From: Diadema antillarum
Lineage: Eukaryota
DNA length: 64,000 nucleotides
Assembly: GCF_040938485.1 (NCBI RefSeq)
Contig: NW_027271305.1
Span: 434,001 to 498,000, forward strand
Direction of reading: 5' to 3'
Part shown: positions 1 through 13,900 of the stretch, one piece after another
Position numbering within the stretch: the stretch's first letter is position 1
Layout: each line of letters begins with the position of its first letter
Program-made: the position numbers and the translations under genes
Notes under the pieces: model-generated
Seen by the model: the letters and a program-made list of their open reading frames with translations, nothing else
Database searches by the model: none
What the model was told of the DNA's origin: nothing

Positions 1-236
1 AGAGGGTGAAGGTGAATACATATGTGACAGTGTAGGGTAGTTTTTTTTTTTTGAGAATGAGATATTATTTTTGATTTGTAAATCAAGGTACGTGCAATGA
101 TATGTAAATCTGGTTAAATAAATATATACAAACAGGATTGTACATGAATGTGTGTTCTGTCTCCCACTTTGCTGCCTCATCTTGTAGTTAAAAGAAGTAT
201 ATATGTATGTATGTATATATATATAAATAATATGAT

Positions 237-373
237 NNNNNNNNNNNNNNNNNNNNNNNNNNNNNNNNNNNNNNNNNNNNNNNNNNNNNNNNNNNNNNNN
301 NNNNNNNNNNNNNNNNNNNNNNNNNNNNNNNNNNNNNNNNNNNNNNNNNNNNNNNNNNNNNNNNNNNNNNNNN
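237..373. other. N run (assembly gap or hard-masked simple repeat); others at 594-758, 23323-23461, 32107-32233, 38014-38164, 44691-44938
   Basis: Direct reading. Lengths are irregular and some runs are flanked by simple repeats. Confidence 0.95.
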
Positions 374-3300
374 GTATATAGTCTCCTTTCTACCATATTC
401 ATGTGTGTGTTGTATGTTCTGACTGTGGGGCAGCCGGCAGTCATGTTGGTAATTTGTTTATCTTATTATTTTTTTAAAGCATTGCTTATTGTCTTCTCAT
501 CACATTTGTTGAGTGACAGTTAATGATTATGTAATGTGTAACACTGAACATGAAAGTAAATGAGGAATTTTGAGCATTATTTAATCTTTTCTCNNNNNNN
601 NNNNNNNNNNNNNNNNNNNNNNNNNNNNNNNNNNNNNNNNNNNNNNNNNNNNNNNNNNNNNNNNNNNNNNNNNNNNNNNNNNNNNNNNNNNNNNNNNNNN
701 NNNNNNNNNNNNNNNNNNNNNNNNNNNNNNNNNNNNNNNNNNNNNNNNNNNNNNNNNNACTATTTATTTATCTATTTACTTATATATTTATTTATTATCA
801 TCATCATCAATATAATGATACCTGATGACAGAAATAATACCTAATAGGTAAAACACGACAGAAATTTGACCCAACGTTCCATGTCAATTTTTTTTTCTGC
901 CCCGCAAATGACTAAGACTTGTTTTTATGTACACTGCGATCATACATACCATTATTATGTTGCGTGTGATACTTCTTCTTTCAGTTGGCTACTCAATATA
1001 TGGATTAATCCTCTGCTTGCCACATTTATTTCCTGTGCATAAGTTTGTGTGTGTACTTTGTGCACATTTTTCTCCTTGGCACAGAAAGGGTTTGGAAAGC
1101 CGGCAGGAATATTGTGCATCGTCAAAAAAAAAAAAAAAAAAAAAAAAAAAAACATCGGGAATGCTAGACCCATACTCTGTAGTTATCTAATTAGGCCTAC
1201 ACTGGTGTAACCAAAAAGGGAGATCTTCAGCTTACTTTATTTGATTTCGGCTAATCTCAAAATATAAATAAATAACAATGGTATTCCTGATAATCCTGTA
1301 TAACATTTATGAAAATTGATATCACATTTCTAAGCGCTGTGAAAGTGAAAACAGAGAGAAAGAACAAGAGAAGTAGAAAACAAAATGAACAAGTTAGTAT
1401 TCTGCACATAACTACATTAGACAGCCATTATATGACAAAACTTACATACAAGTAATAAGATTTAGGTATAAAATCCGCAAGCATTGAATGTTTAGATTGG
1501 AATACTCTGGAAAGAGCAATATAAAGCTTGATATCAGAGGGAAAGAAATGATATGCCTCAGCAGGAATATAACGATGTTGACAACAATCAAATAGTTTTG
1601 ATAGAGATTTGAAGATACATTGTATCCCCACTTTGAATTATTTGGTTGACATGTCAGACAATTTCTCGATCGACCAACTGAAAAAGGAATAGCGAAGGCT
1701 ATAGCGAAGACTCGAGCAGCGTTCAAACTTTGGCCGCACAAGGTTAGATGTATTACTTAGTCCAAATTGTAATGTAAATACTTTGTGGACTTATCAAGAA
1801 GGCGCTTTAAAAAAGAAATTAAGTAGGCCTATACCTAGGCCCTTCGTGAATTTTTATGTAGAAAATTATAAACTGAGAAATTTAACTCTCTTCTCCGGAT
1901 CGTACGTCTAAAATGTGCAGCACAAATTCGTTTTTAGTCCGAATAAATCTATATCTACTTTTAGGATATTGAACATTCTGCATGATTAATTCCATTTGTC
2001 AAGATCCTTATTTTCCCAGAAACGTTTCAAGACACTCGCTATATTAGGCCCCTCTATGAAACTTTATGGAAATTAGGTTTTTGCAGAGCACCTATATTGG
2101 GTACATTCAATCTGTACATTATTGTGTTCAATGTTATGAAATAGGCCTATATCTTGTCCTGACATATAATATAGCCTGTATTTTGTCTTCATTTTCTTCT
2201 TCACCCCGTTTGGTTAGGAACAAAAGCTGCACCTTATTCCTAATCCTACCACTATACACGAGACACTGAGCTGGACCAGCAAATCTACTTTACAAATACA
2301 TGTAGGACAATGCGCGCCTAACTCGTGCGGATCTGTCAATAGCCGTGAATCGTGAAACACTGAAGCAGAGGGTGCAACGTATGTTTATAACTGGTAGACT
2401 GAGGCAGAGTCAACTGTAAGTATAGCCCCATTACTTATATGCCAGTAAGTTAACCTAATTAAGTAGTCGGAGTAGAAAGTGTGTGGTGATTAATGATGTC
2501 ATTCAGCAGGTACTGTGGGTCCTATCGTATCCCCTCCTGTTCAATGTTTTCACGGTTAATACTGGAAAGGTGTTCTCATAGCTGCCAACTTACCAGGTCC
2601 CTATACTTACACTCCGTCTTAAACACATAGGCAGAAAAGGACATGTCCAGTCAATGGGTTTCTTTGGTATATAGAGGTCACCGTTTATAAGCGCCTGGAC
2701 GGAGGTATCGTATTGATCTCCTTAGGTCTACTTATTATAACGAGGGATTTAGGACAGGTCAGGTTTGTGCGTTCTCCTTTCAACAATTAGGCCTATCAGC
2801 CTAGTCGCGATTTCTTATAACACGTTTCAAAAGAGCTGCTATAGTACTCTAACATTTCCTTTCGGAGATATGGGCATCATGTACACAGTGATATCGAGTA
2901 TCAAAATATATATAGCATGGGTATACTGTCTGCTAAGCAGGAAATGAGCTCACACTAAGCAGATGTGTGTGTGCGCACACTCTACTAGAGCCCGAGGGAG
3001 GGAAATGGACTCTCGACCCGACCCCCCCCCCCCCACACACACACATCTTGTTTCGTATTGGTGATGACTTTCGATTTTGTTTATATTCTTTCTTTTTTTT
3101 CTGAATTTTGGTTCTGATGTTAGAAGCATGCAGGAGTCGCTGAACTTCTTAGGAGGTGGGGGATCGAAATAAACCATAAAAAAGAAAGTTCCAGCCAGAG
3201 ATTCTTCCCGTCGAAAACTTCAAACTTCAAACTTGAAATACTTGAACTAAAACTAAACTAAAACTTAAAACAACTTTCTCTTGAGGCCCCTCAAGAAGTG

Positions 3301-4425
3301 TAGACGGTCAAACGGAATTGCCTATTAAGTCGTGCATTGTTGGCATTAATAATCGCGCGAAAAAAAGAGTCAGTATACCTCTTTCAATAATTGTTACAAT
3401 GTCATTGATGTGTTTTCAACGATAATCATAGAAATAACACAGTATACATGAACAAGGTATTGGGAAAAAATGAAGAAAACATTAAAAAAATATCTTATGA
3501 ATGTCTGTAATTCGAAAAGCAGTATGAAATTTCTGAGCCTGTTTGCACTTTCGGGTGACAAAAATGGACACATTTTAGGGTATGTAAGTATTGATTTATA
3601 CGATCATTTATATCATTTTATAATCATTTATATGATTATAACATGCACAATAAACCAAACCATTCCAAAGTACATCATGATTTACCATTTATTATATCAA
3701 TCCACACAATAAAGTATGCGCCAATTTTCATATGCACGCAAACTAAGCCATAAAATGGCAGGAATTGCGGTGAAGCGCGTGAAACATTGGCTGTATAATT
3801 TCACACCGGTATACACCATGGCAAGTAGGCAGGTTTCGCTGTCGAACTATTTAGAGTGAATACATTATAGGACCCAGTAACAAGTTATGCCATTCTCTTG
3901 AACACACTATGTGCAGTAAAAATTCTAAATCCGAGTAGTTTGTTCGAATTGATGGTTGCTATGTCGGATGAGACTCTGGTGAGCAATATAATGGTATTCG
4001 GGGACAATCCTATAATGATATGCATAAATTCGAATTATGTCTACTCTACAAAGGGACTGCAATCACATCAAATACTATCTGGATATCATACTTAGAACTA
4101 ACCAGTTACATGCAGTCGAATGTCAGACACTTTTAAGTAGATAAAGAACATACGTATATTTTGGACCCTTTACTTCTTTTTGTGATAATTCGACCGACAC
4201 AAGTAACAGCTATGTTTGACGATATCTCGATACGTATAGTGCCTTGTTTTCAGAGAATTAACTCTAAGATTTGTTTACGGTGTGGTTTTTGTATGAGATT
4301 GGATACTTTAGATAATAAAATGTCTGCGAAATTAGTTATTAAAACCGGTATTTACATCCTCTTTCCTATAGAAGCACGCCAAATTATTCTGATTTCCACT
4401 TCGAACGCCGTACCGCCCTTGATCG

Positions 4426-7400
4426 ATGAGCATGGACGTCGCCTCCGTATTCAGCGATGATGACTGGGTGGAGCATGCGGTGCACGGCAGCGTCTACCAC
4501 GACGGAGTGAAGTACAGTGGTTTGGTCATGCCGTCGAGCATCGAACGCCTAAAGACGTTCGAGGTTCGGGATGACGACATCTGGATCAACACGTACTCCA
4601 AGTCTGGTTGGTATCTGCCTCACCTCCTAGGGTTTTATATAAGAATGTAATTTTCTTAAAGAAAAACGGTGTTTCTATCTATCCTTGGGCAGGTCCTACA
4701 GACTGCTATTGTGAATTTGAATTTTAAGTGGTCCTTCCAGCTTATCAATAGGTAACCTGACAGACCGAAACGTTCCACTATTCTCATATTATTGTACTGA
4801 TTTTTTCTCTCTGGTTTCTCTGCAAGAGACTTTTTTTTTCTCGTATTCTCTGATACAAGAAAATGCTCTTATCATGTACTGCGAATCAACATCTCCCCCA
4901 ATGCAGGCCTACTATTTTCACAGTCCCGAGTCCAAAGTCAGACGAGAGGTTTGGTTATTTTCTGACCTAAACATCATTCACGAAATAATACACCGCTGCA
5001 TATAATTCTCAACCGCCCTCATGGTGTAATCTTAGGTACGCATTGGGCGTCCGAGATCGTGCACCTCATCTTGAACGATGGCAACCCCGAGACCATCGAC
5101 CGCACGACGACACAGGGCAACATCGAGATGATCTACTTTCAGAAGGACTCCTACGACGAGTCTAAAAAGCGCCACCTACCGTTCTACAAGATTATAGAGA
5201 AGGCGTCCTCACCGCGGATCATCCAGACTCACCTTCCGGTCAGATATCTTCCGCCACAACTAGCCAGTTCCAAAGCAAAGGTCTGGTGAAATTCGAATAC
5301 CAAATCTGTCATCATGATGGCGCGATCGTTGCTGTCTATCTCTTGACACGATTGTTTATCCAAGAAGTTTTGCGTTTAGCTACAATGAAATATCCGTAAA
5401 AAAAGATTCCACTCTCCGTTAGCGTCAAATTGTACAGAGTTTTGATTTTATTTTCCTTTTCAAATTAGAGATTATGCACAAGACGTGTGTATAAGTAAAA
5501 AGCCACGTCGAGCAATTATTATAGTCCCACTTCTAATAAGCCGGCGACCCCAAATAATGCTTTTGTGAACAACCTATACTAATATTATTTCACGAGACAA
5601 AAATCTAAAGAGTAAATCATTTGTAATGGAACAGACGTTCTATTTCTTTATTCTTCTGTATATGTGACTTTTTGTGCTGGAAGATCTGGTTTTATCTAAA
5701 AATATGCATTTCTTCACTTTCAGCCTTTACAGTAATGTTAAAGGAAATATTTTTATTTATGATACAATTTCAATTTGCAGTGCGCGTTCTTCAGTTACAG
5801 CTCGTTGTTTTGAAGATCCGTTATTTCGAAGGTTCGTTATTCCTAAAACGAAATAAAGTTCGTCATTCCGATGGTTCGTCAATCCAGAAATGAAATAAGG
5901 TTCGTAATTTCGAAGGCTATAGTAAGCATCTTCTTTTCAGAATAAGGAACCTTATTTTCATTTTCGGACTAACCAACCTTATTTCATTTTCAGATTAATG
6001 AACCTTCGGAATAACGAACTTTCATTTTCGGATTAATGAACATCGAGGTAAATGTACAGAGAATATGTGTGTGAATCGGAAAACAAACCCTTCATGGGAT
6101 CAACGAACTTTTGGAATAACGAACATTTCGCCGCTCTTATTTTTTCCTTCCTGGCAGTTTACCTAGTCTTGCGTTGGAAATGTTATCATGTACGGTAGTC
6201 ATTTACCAGATGAATGAAACAGGTGAATTTTATGCTTTTCATTGTTGCACTCTCCATCGCCATCTTCCAATGTAGGTGATCTACGTAGCCAGGAACCCAA
6301 AAGACGTGATAACATCTCTCGACCGATTTGTAGGCGAGAACGAGATGGGAGACTTTATTCGATGGAAGGCCGCCCTCAAGGAATTCATGGATGGAAGTGA
6401 GTTATTGTCATCATCGGTGATTGCACGAATGGCATTAAAACTCTTGAAACGGAGATTCATGCTTGAATTTTATTAAACATAATATGGCTGAATGACGAAA
6501 AGACGAATGTTTTATGTATTGATCATTCGTTCATAACCTGTGACAGTTAGTTATGACTTAACTATGTTGGAAATGAGCATTTCATTTCTTTTTTTCGTGC
6601 ATGTATTACGCCATGAAAATATGGGTAGCCAATTATAAACTGGTTTGCTTGACAATAAAACTTGATTTTTCTTTCAAAAATGAATTAGATGCGATATTGG
6701 ATTATTTGTTTGTAGGCTAGTGATGTTTGAAGCTAAAAGTTCCATACAATGAGATGATAGCGAAGAGTGAATGCGTTCACTGTGATCATCTATTACGTTT
6801 GCTTTTCTTCTGCTGTTACTTTGCAGCGCGTAATTACGGGTCATGGTTTGATCACGTGACAACGTCATGGAACCTCAGAAGGGAAGAAAATCGACTCTTC
6901 ATCAAATATGAAGATATGAAGAAGGTATGTCTTCGTTATACATTCTCACCGTACTTTCCTTGCTGCATATTCACGAGACCTTTACTCGATACATTGCAAT
7001 CTATTTCAACATCTCATTATGATTTGCCTGTCATTGTCACTAGGATTTGCGCGCATCTGCAACCAAGATTGCGGAATTTTTGGGACGCCCCCTGTCTACT
7101 GCAGTTCTTGATCGTATCGCGGAGCACAGCTCGTTTGGTGGAATGAAGAAATCTTATGACAAGGTGGCAGAAACTGTACAGAATGGAGACCTTCTGGTGA
7201 AAGCACTTGGGAAACACGCGTATATGAGTAAAGGTGAGACCACGTGGCGCCACATGTTGTGGAAAAGGCGTCAGATTAAAGAAATTTATCGTCTAGAACA
7301 CTAAGTTCAATCATAGTATATACGCGTGTCATTAAAGATTACTTTATAACACTTCAGGATCACACTGTCCTTCACGACCCAGATATCAAAATTTAGTCGT

Positions 7401-7901
7401 CGGGAAATATTCTTTAATTGTGCTAAGATTATCATAGGCCCTAATTCACCAGAATACAATAGACTTGGTGCAATGAAATCACCATGGTCGACAAACGTAA
7501 GATTTATTAGGTATTGACAAAATTTCCTCAAAGTTTCGTGGCAAGGAATCACGTGCGCACAATTTTGAAATAATTCCAGATTGCAGTTCGTATTGAACTG
7601 AGTTCAATATATCAAATTGCCAGATCGAGTGACATTGTGACTTTGGATTTCAACAAACTCTATAAGACCATTCCAACCATCATAACCGTCGCAGATTACA
7701 TTCGAGAAGAAATTTACAGGTTAATAATGTGCAAGTTGCTTTAAGAATAACATTCCTGCTGAAGCTGTTGTTAAACTTTCTCTCCGTATAGGCGTAATCG
7801 GTAGTTGGAAAGACCGGTTCACAGTCCGCGACAACGAAGAGTTCGATCGAGTGTACTTGGAAAAGATGGCCGACACGGACTTGACCTTCGACTTCGAGTG
7901 A
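4426..7901 (+). CDS. SULT: Cytosolic (PAPS-dependent) sulfotransferase, paralog A, 6 coding exons, 314 aa
   Basis: Exons 4426-4606, 5036-5280, 6276-6396, 6827-6924, 7044-7233, 7792-7901. All introns are GT-AG and phases (1,0,1,0,1) give one 945-nt ORF ending TGA at 7899-7901. Motifs: 5'PSB loop TYSKSGTHW, catalytic His in IIQTHLP, 3'PB RNPKDVITS, YGSWFDHV, KYEDMK, C-terminal SKGVIGSWKDRFTV with the KxxxTVxxxE dimerisation motif. Subfamily cannot be assigned by eye. Confidence 0.95.
5795..6128. repeat. Palindromic interspersed repeat (MITE/foldback-like) built from TTCCGAAGGTTCG / CGAACCTTCGGAA motifs, in SULT-A intron 2
   Basis: The left half carries repeated ttcgaaggttcgt motifs and the right half their reverse complement (acgaaccttcggaa). 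A related copy lies at about 36940-37420. Confidence 0.7.
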
Positions 7902-10900
7902 GATCATACCCTATGCTCGTCGTTGGAATCAGCCATAACGTTAAAACGACCTCGGCGGAGGCTAGTCTGTTCGTCAGGATGTATAAATGCAATGGACATG
8001 AGTTTACAGATATGCCATCACCAAGTGGTTCGTCAGAGCGAACATACACGGTACGGCACGGGATCAATGAGTAACGCATGCGCCTTCGATGTGCATAGCA
8101 CAAAGGCTTACTTGGGGTCAACGGAGCGTGTTAAAAGCCCAAGGTAGATTTATTTTGTAGAAACAATTAAAAAGCTCAGCCTCTCATGATGATAATATTG
8201 TATGCAATGTTTGTATAGTTCCTGGATATTTCACTGTATTGTAGACAGAAAAAATCCAAGACATGAAAAAAAAATCTATGCACGCTTTTCTTGCCATAAT
8301 CGCTGATAATTGAAAGAGCTCAAATGATTGCGTTTCGGTTTTTTTTAATCTTAAAAGGGACCTCCAGGCTATGATAGACTTGTTAATATGTTTTTGTTGT
8401 AAAGACATATATCAATTAAGTATCTTTGTGTTGTTGTAGCGTGACTATTTTCTATTTCTAAAAAAAAAGAGAGAGAAAATGGTGACGTTTACGGAATTTA
8501 TCGAGTCTATAAAGTCATACGCATTTTTAGATTTTCACCGAACTTCACTGAAGTGTTCTACTTTTTCTGCATTCTCTGAATCCACAGAATATTGTACTTG
8601 AAGTAAACTCCCATTGGATAACCATGCAGTTTACACACATAGGCCTACACACATACACACACACAAGCAAACGCACACGCGCAAAGACACACACTCATTT
8701 ATAGACCTACGCACATGGCTATGCAATACATTATACAGATATTGCCTATTTAGAGGTGTGATATAACACTTGACATCCCTGCGGGAATCATATTGTATGC
8801 TTTCTCGATCATCGATCCTCTCTGCAGGTCACAAGCTTGCATTATGACAATCACCGAACAGTCCAAGTGCTCATTGTCTACAGTGTTCTCTGTTGACTTG
8901 AATGGTCAGAAATAAACCTTTCATCCTTTCATTCTTGACTGGTGAACGTTTAGAAAAAAAAAACAATTTCTTGAAATGAGCCTTTTCTGCTTCTCTCAAG
9001 ATCTTTTTTTATTATTTTTTTTTTTTGCGCAATGAATTTGTCCCTGATTCGCGTTTACATTGATACAGTCATGATTGTACAACAATAATAAAGGACACTA
9101 CACCCGTATTCAGCTGCACACGAGCGCAAGTATTTTGAATACAATCGAGTACAATAGAGCACTGGAATGATTTGTTGAATGTGTGACTTGCAGCATACGC
9201 AACTTGTAATTTGTTCTCCATTGGCACTGTTATTGATTTCTACATCATCATGCCTTATGAATGATTTAGTAAGTCGTGTGATTCATATCTGAGTTGAACT
9301 CATACATTGCAGGGAAGCAGGTTGTTTCTAATGTGAATCGCAAGAGATTGAAACGTTTTTCATTTCGGGTTTAACCTTTATTTCATTTACTACTCAGTTT
9401 TGTTTCCTGTTTTTCAGTCAAAGTCGTGATCACTATTATTTTATCAAGCAACTGACCTTCGGATGGTCGTTACCATCTATCAGGAGATGAAGCTGTTGTC
9501 TCGGTAAAATTTTACATCATAGGGCCTACTGTTTATAATGTGAAATCTTATGAACAATGTGTGCTTGCAATCAGTAGAAAAATAATGAACACCGAAATAC
9601 TTCGATCTCTTGTTAAGCATGACCTTTTCTCGCCTCATTTCATGTACATACGTCCGATCCTCGTGAAACTGTTTGCAAAGTTTGTCTATATTCGATGAAA
9701 TCTGATTGTATTGAGTGTGAGCGGAACGGAAGGGAACCTTTATAAAGTATGCGGATCAAGGATTTTGGTCCTATCAAAAAATGGACCTTTACAATTTGCT
9801 GATCAAGCTCTGAAAAGTGGAAATATGTCAAAATTTCTATATAAGTATGGAGCGGTTTAGGGGAAACTTGATGAAATACTAGAAGCCTGCTTTTCACCCA
9901 ACATCGTGATGGTTATAGGTTGCCCCATGTACGAATACTTCAAAACAATGCTGCCTGGTTATTTGACTCTACCACTAGTCTTAGTCCATTACAGCGTCTT
10001 AGTCGTAATAGCGCGGCGAGCCCTTCATGCCCCAAACAGTGTGATTGAAGCGATCCCGAGATCCATTGTTTATTTGAGTATGTCTCTTCCACTGATTCTT
10101 CGAGATCTTACCTTTATATAACTTGACACATGTCGTACTGTGGAAAACAAAACAAAAGGAAAGCAAACAAACAAACAAACACTTCAGAAAGTAGATTACC
10201 AACAACGCAAAAAGAGCCAAAGTGTGAGACGCAGCAGTTGTTCCTTCAGCCCATAAGTTTTCTTTGTTTTCAAGTCTTCCACGAAATATAATCTCACAAA
10301 GTCACAATGAAACAAAATTTTATCATGATATTGCTCTCAACGTATGATACCCCAGCCGCGTCTTTTACACTTATCTTGTGATAACGGCCCTGTCTTCTTT
10401 CATCATCATCCATCCACTCCCAGCATATAGCGTAATCAGTCATCTCTAAAGCCGTAGACTGACCGTTTCATCTCATCATGCAAACTTAAGGAAAAGTAGG
10501 GCCTACAGCAGAAACAAAACAGACAAACACACTGCTAAGGGATGCTCTACGACCTGTCAATCATGTCAATGCGACTTACGTACGAACCCTTGATTGCGGC
10601 TGAGGTCACTTTATCGAGCGTTACCTTACGCTGATGAAAAATGTTAAAGCCGTTGGGTTGTTGGCATTCTTATTATTGGTTGTTCCTTCCATCAGAGTAA
10701 ATACCAATGGTACGCATCCAGCATGATGATGAAACGCCGCGAATGACTGGTTGAACCTCCCGGCAGCGTGGACGTGGTATCGCTCATTTCGATTCGAGCT
10801 TCATCCGGAGAACGTCGTCTGCCACGGCTGCGCGCGCTTTATGCGCTGGAGAAAGCAAGTGTGTGTCGCAGTTACCTTATTATTAGGCCTAACCCAGGAG

Positions 10901-10969
10901 ACATTAAGAAGCGATTTGGAGTGTATCGATTCCAGCCATGTAAACGTTCATAATTATATTGTAGCCAGC

Positions 10970-13900
10970 ATGACGCAAACAGGCGCAAGTGGGAGCCGCT
11001 TGCCAACATTCGTGTTACTGCTTAGTATCGCTGGACTTCAGGTGTCGGCAGAAGCAGCTGGTGAGTACAGTACATTGCCGTCAGTATAGGCTACTCAGTT
11101 CCTCCAATATATTTGCTTTAAGACATATTGTGAGCATTCTGTCTGCTATCAAATGGATTTGTCTCTGGCTACAGAAATGAATGAATGAATAAAATTAATA
11201 TGTATCGATATACACGTACTGATACATTGATATTTCTTTAGTTCTGCAATTTCATGACAAACGTAATGTACAAATACATTTTCTTTTGTACAAATCAAGA
11301 CTTTTAAAGAAGAATTAATAATCTTGATGAATACAAAATATTGACAGTTACTGAATACAAATCATTCGGTACATCGGGAGAAAAAGGCTGTATCCTATCA
11401 GCTTACGCTTGAGAGCGGAAACGGCCCAGTTGACTATATGTGATGTTCATCCAGGGTGAGTGTTGGGGATGAACGGAGCATGGGGACGGGGGGGGGGTGC
11501 GAGATGGATTGCATGTTCTGGGTTCACGGTGAGTGCATGAAAATGGTGAGGACTACAGTGCATGTGTTTTGGAGATTTAAAAGTGATTTGATGATCATAC
11601 GACGAAATTAGGTGATTTTTAAGCTTTATCTTAAAGGGGAAATCCAGTCAACAAAAAAAAAGTTAGTCTGATGAAAAAAATGGTAAGTGTTTGACTGAAA
11701 TTAGATAAAAAATAAGGAAGTTTGTATGACATTTTGAAGTTCTGCTAATTTCTGCAAAACAGTTCTTGTACAGTGGATATGAATATGCAAATGAGTGAAC
11801 TTACCATGTCATAACCTCACAATTTCCCATTGATCATGTACAAAAAAAAAAATGACGGAAATTCAATGTTTCTGTCATTGAAGACTGAAATATATCATTC
11901 CTGGTTGAACAACTTGAGAATAGTGGTCAGATAGATATGCGAGGGTTTGAACCTCAGGCATAATTGCGTTTGAATGAAAAACTGGAAATGTCAAAATGTC
12001 AAAAAATGTTATACAAACTATGTGCAAGCTGTGAGGGGATAACATGCATGTTCACTTCTTGAATAATTAGGTTAATTCCAAAAAATAATAGAGAGACTCG
12101 CGCATTACAAGATCTGTTATTCAGTGCATCCCTCATTTCCCCCCCGCTGAATATGTCTCAGACTTACCGTTCATTGTTATGACAATCCCATCTTTTATTC
12201 ATTTTTTTTTTCGAAAGAATAACAATTACGAGATTATCATTTTATTTTCATTATTTCGTAATCCCGTTCGCATTCCTTATCGGTGATTTGTGCTTCTGTT
12301 GAAAAATGAAAATGATTTTTAATTGATTGCTAGGCAGACAAGGAAAAAAAAAAAGGGAAAAAGGCTGGTAAAGCCGAAAAAGTGAATTGTACGCTTGAAG
12401 ACAGAATGACGTGCAAATAAGCAGATGAATCATGTGTACTTACGATCAGTCACACGACGTCTATCGCTGTCTTGTGCATCTTATGAGCAGGTAGCTGCGA
12501 AGTAGACTGGAGCGTGGCTTCCACGGGCTGCTATTACATCGTGCCGGGCACGGCAGATTGGGACAACGCGCAGGTATGGTGCTCCACCAGAGGTGCGTCG
12601 GTTGTCGAAGTCACGTCCCCGGAAGAAAATACTGAGCTCACCACCTTGCTAAATGGCGCCAGCGGATGGCTGAATTGTAACATCCGAAACATGGCAAATT
12701 GGGTCTGTGGCGCAGACTCCCACATCATGGCATATGACAGTAAGTCATTAATTTGTTAAAGGTGAATGATATCCAAATTGTTAATTGTAAATTGAATGAA
12801 TGTAGCAGTATTAGATGAACACATCAGCGGAAGTTTTAGGAAAATTGGATAATCAGTTCAAAGGTTATGAATTTTTACATTTTTGGTGCCCCTGGATGAG
12901 AAGACTACAGTACTTAGTGACGTCATGTATAAGGAAAACGGTTGAGTTTGAATTTAATCAATTTCACCACGGGTCACTCACCTAAGCCAATGGCTTTTCT
13001 TCTGTGAGTCCATGTATAGTTCAAAACCATACCGTTACAAAATACAACACTTGTTACACGTATATATAGCGAAACTAACAAACTAACAAAAGCACCAACA
13101 GCAAGACATACAGAAACGTGTAGCAAAACAACAACAACAGCGAAATAATTATGAATTGAAGTTACTCAACATAACCAAAAGAAAATGGTTAACATACGAT
13201 GTTACAGTTCAATGCAGAAGATCACTCTTTCTCTAAGATCCATCTGTCTTGTGTTTAGATTATAGAGAAAGAAGCATTTCGATTTACATTACCTAAAATA
13301 CTGATCCACAATTGGGCACCATATATATATTATACACTATGTTTCTTGAAGTTTGTCTTTGAATGGGGCATATCTAATTTTGATATCGCCTTTCTCAAAG
13401 GATATACACTGCTTGAATGAAAATAAAATGGTTGGTGCCATAGTCATATTTGTAATTCTATATACATTACTTGTACTGCTATGTACTGTAATACACGAAG
13501 ATGTTTGTCACTTCCTTCACAGTGTTGCTTCAGCAAATATGTCTGCCCTGTGCTCTTGGTTAGTTTGCGTCAAATTGAATAATGCTTCATTTTTAGATCT
13601 CAACTTTACATTCATAACAAAACTATATTGTGTCTTCTACTGAGTAATCTCTGAAGTTTTTCGGAATAATACATAATATATAAAGAGAATACAAAGAACA
13701 TATCACAACATTTTCTTTTATGAAAAGTGCACATTCCCTCGACCTCCTGACGTCATGGAAAGTTTAATCATTTATAATTCCCCCTGTTTTCTGCAAGGGG
13801 TAAGTCAAATGCTCTTTTATCATGCTATAGGAAAGTAAGAACAGATGTTAACATTTCTGCATGTTTTCTTTATATTGTTTTCCATGCATGTCATCACCAA

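Noticed and set aside
148-1190. ORFs spanning N runs or poly-A/T tracts (also 23212-23619, 25521-26037, 37796-38523, 44646-45129)
   Set aside because: They are open only because of Ns, homopolymers or microsatellites and have no coding features.
1659-1742. Exon-like segment reading RQFLDRPTEKGIAKAIAKTRAAFKLWPHK before a GTTAGA donor
   Set aside because: No partner exon or recognisable domain, and the acceptor is weak. It cannot be supported.
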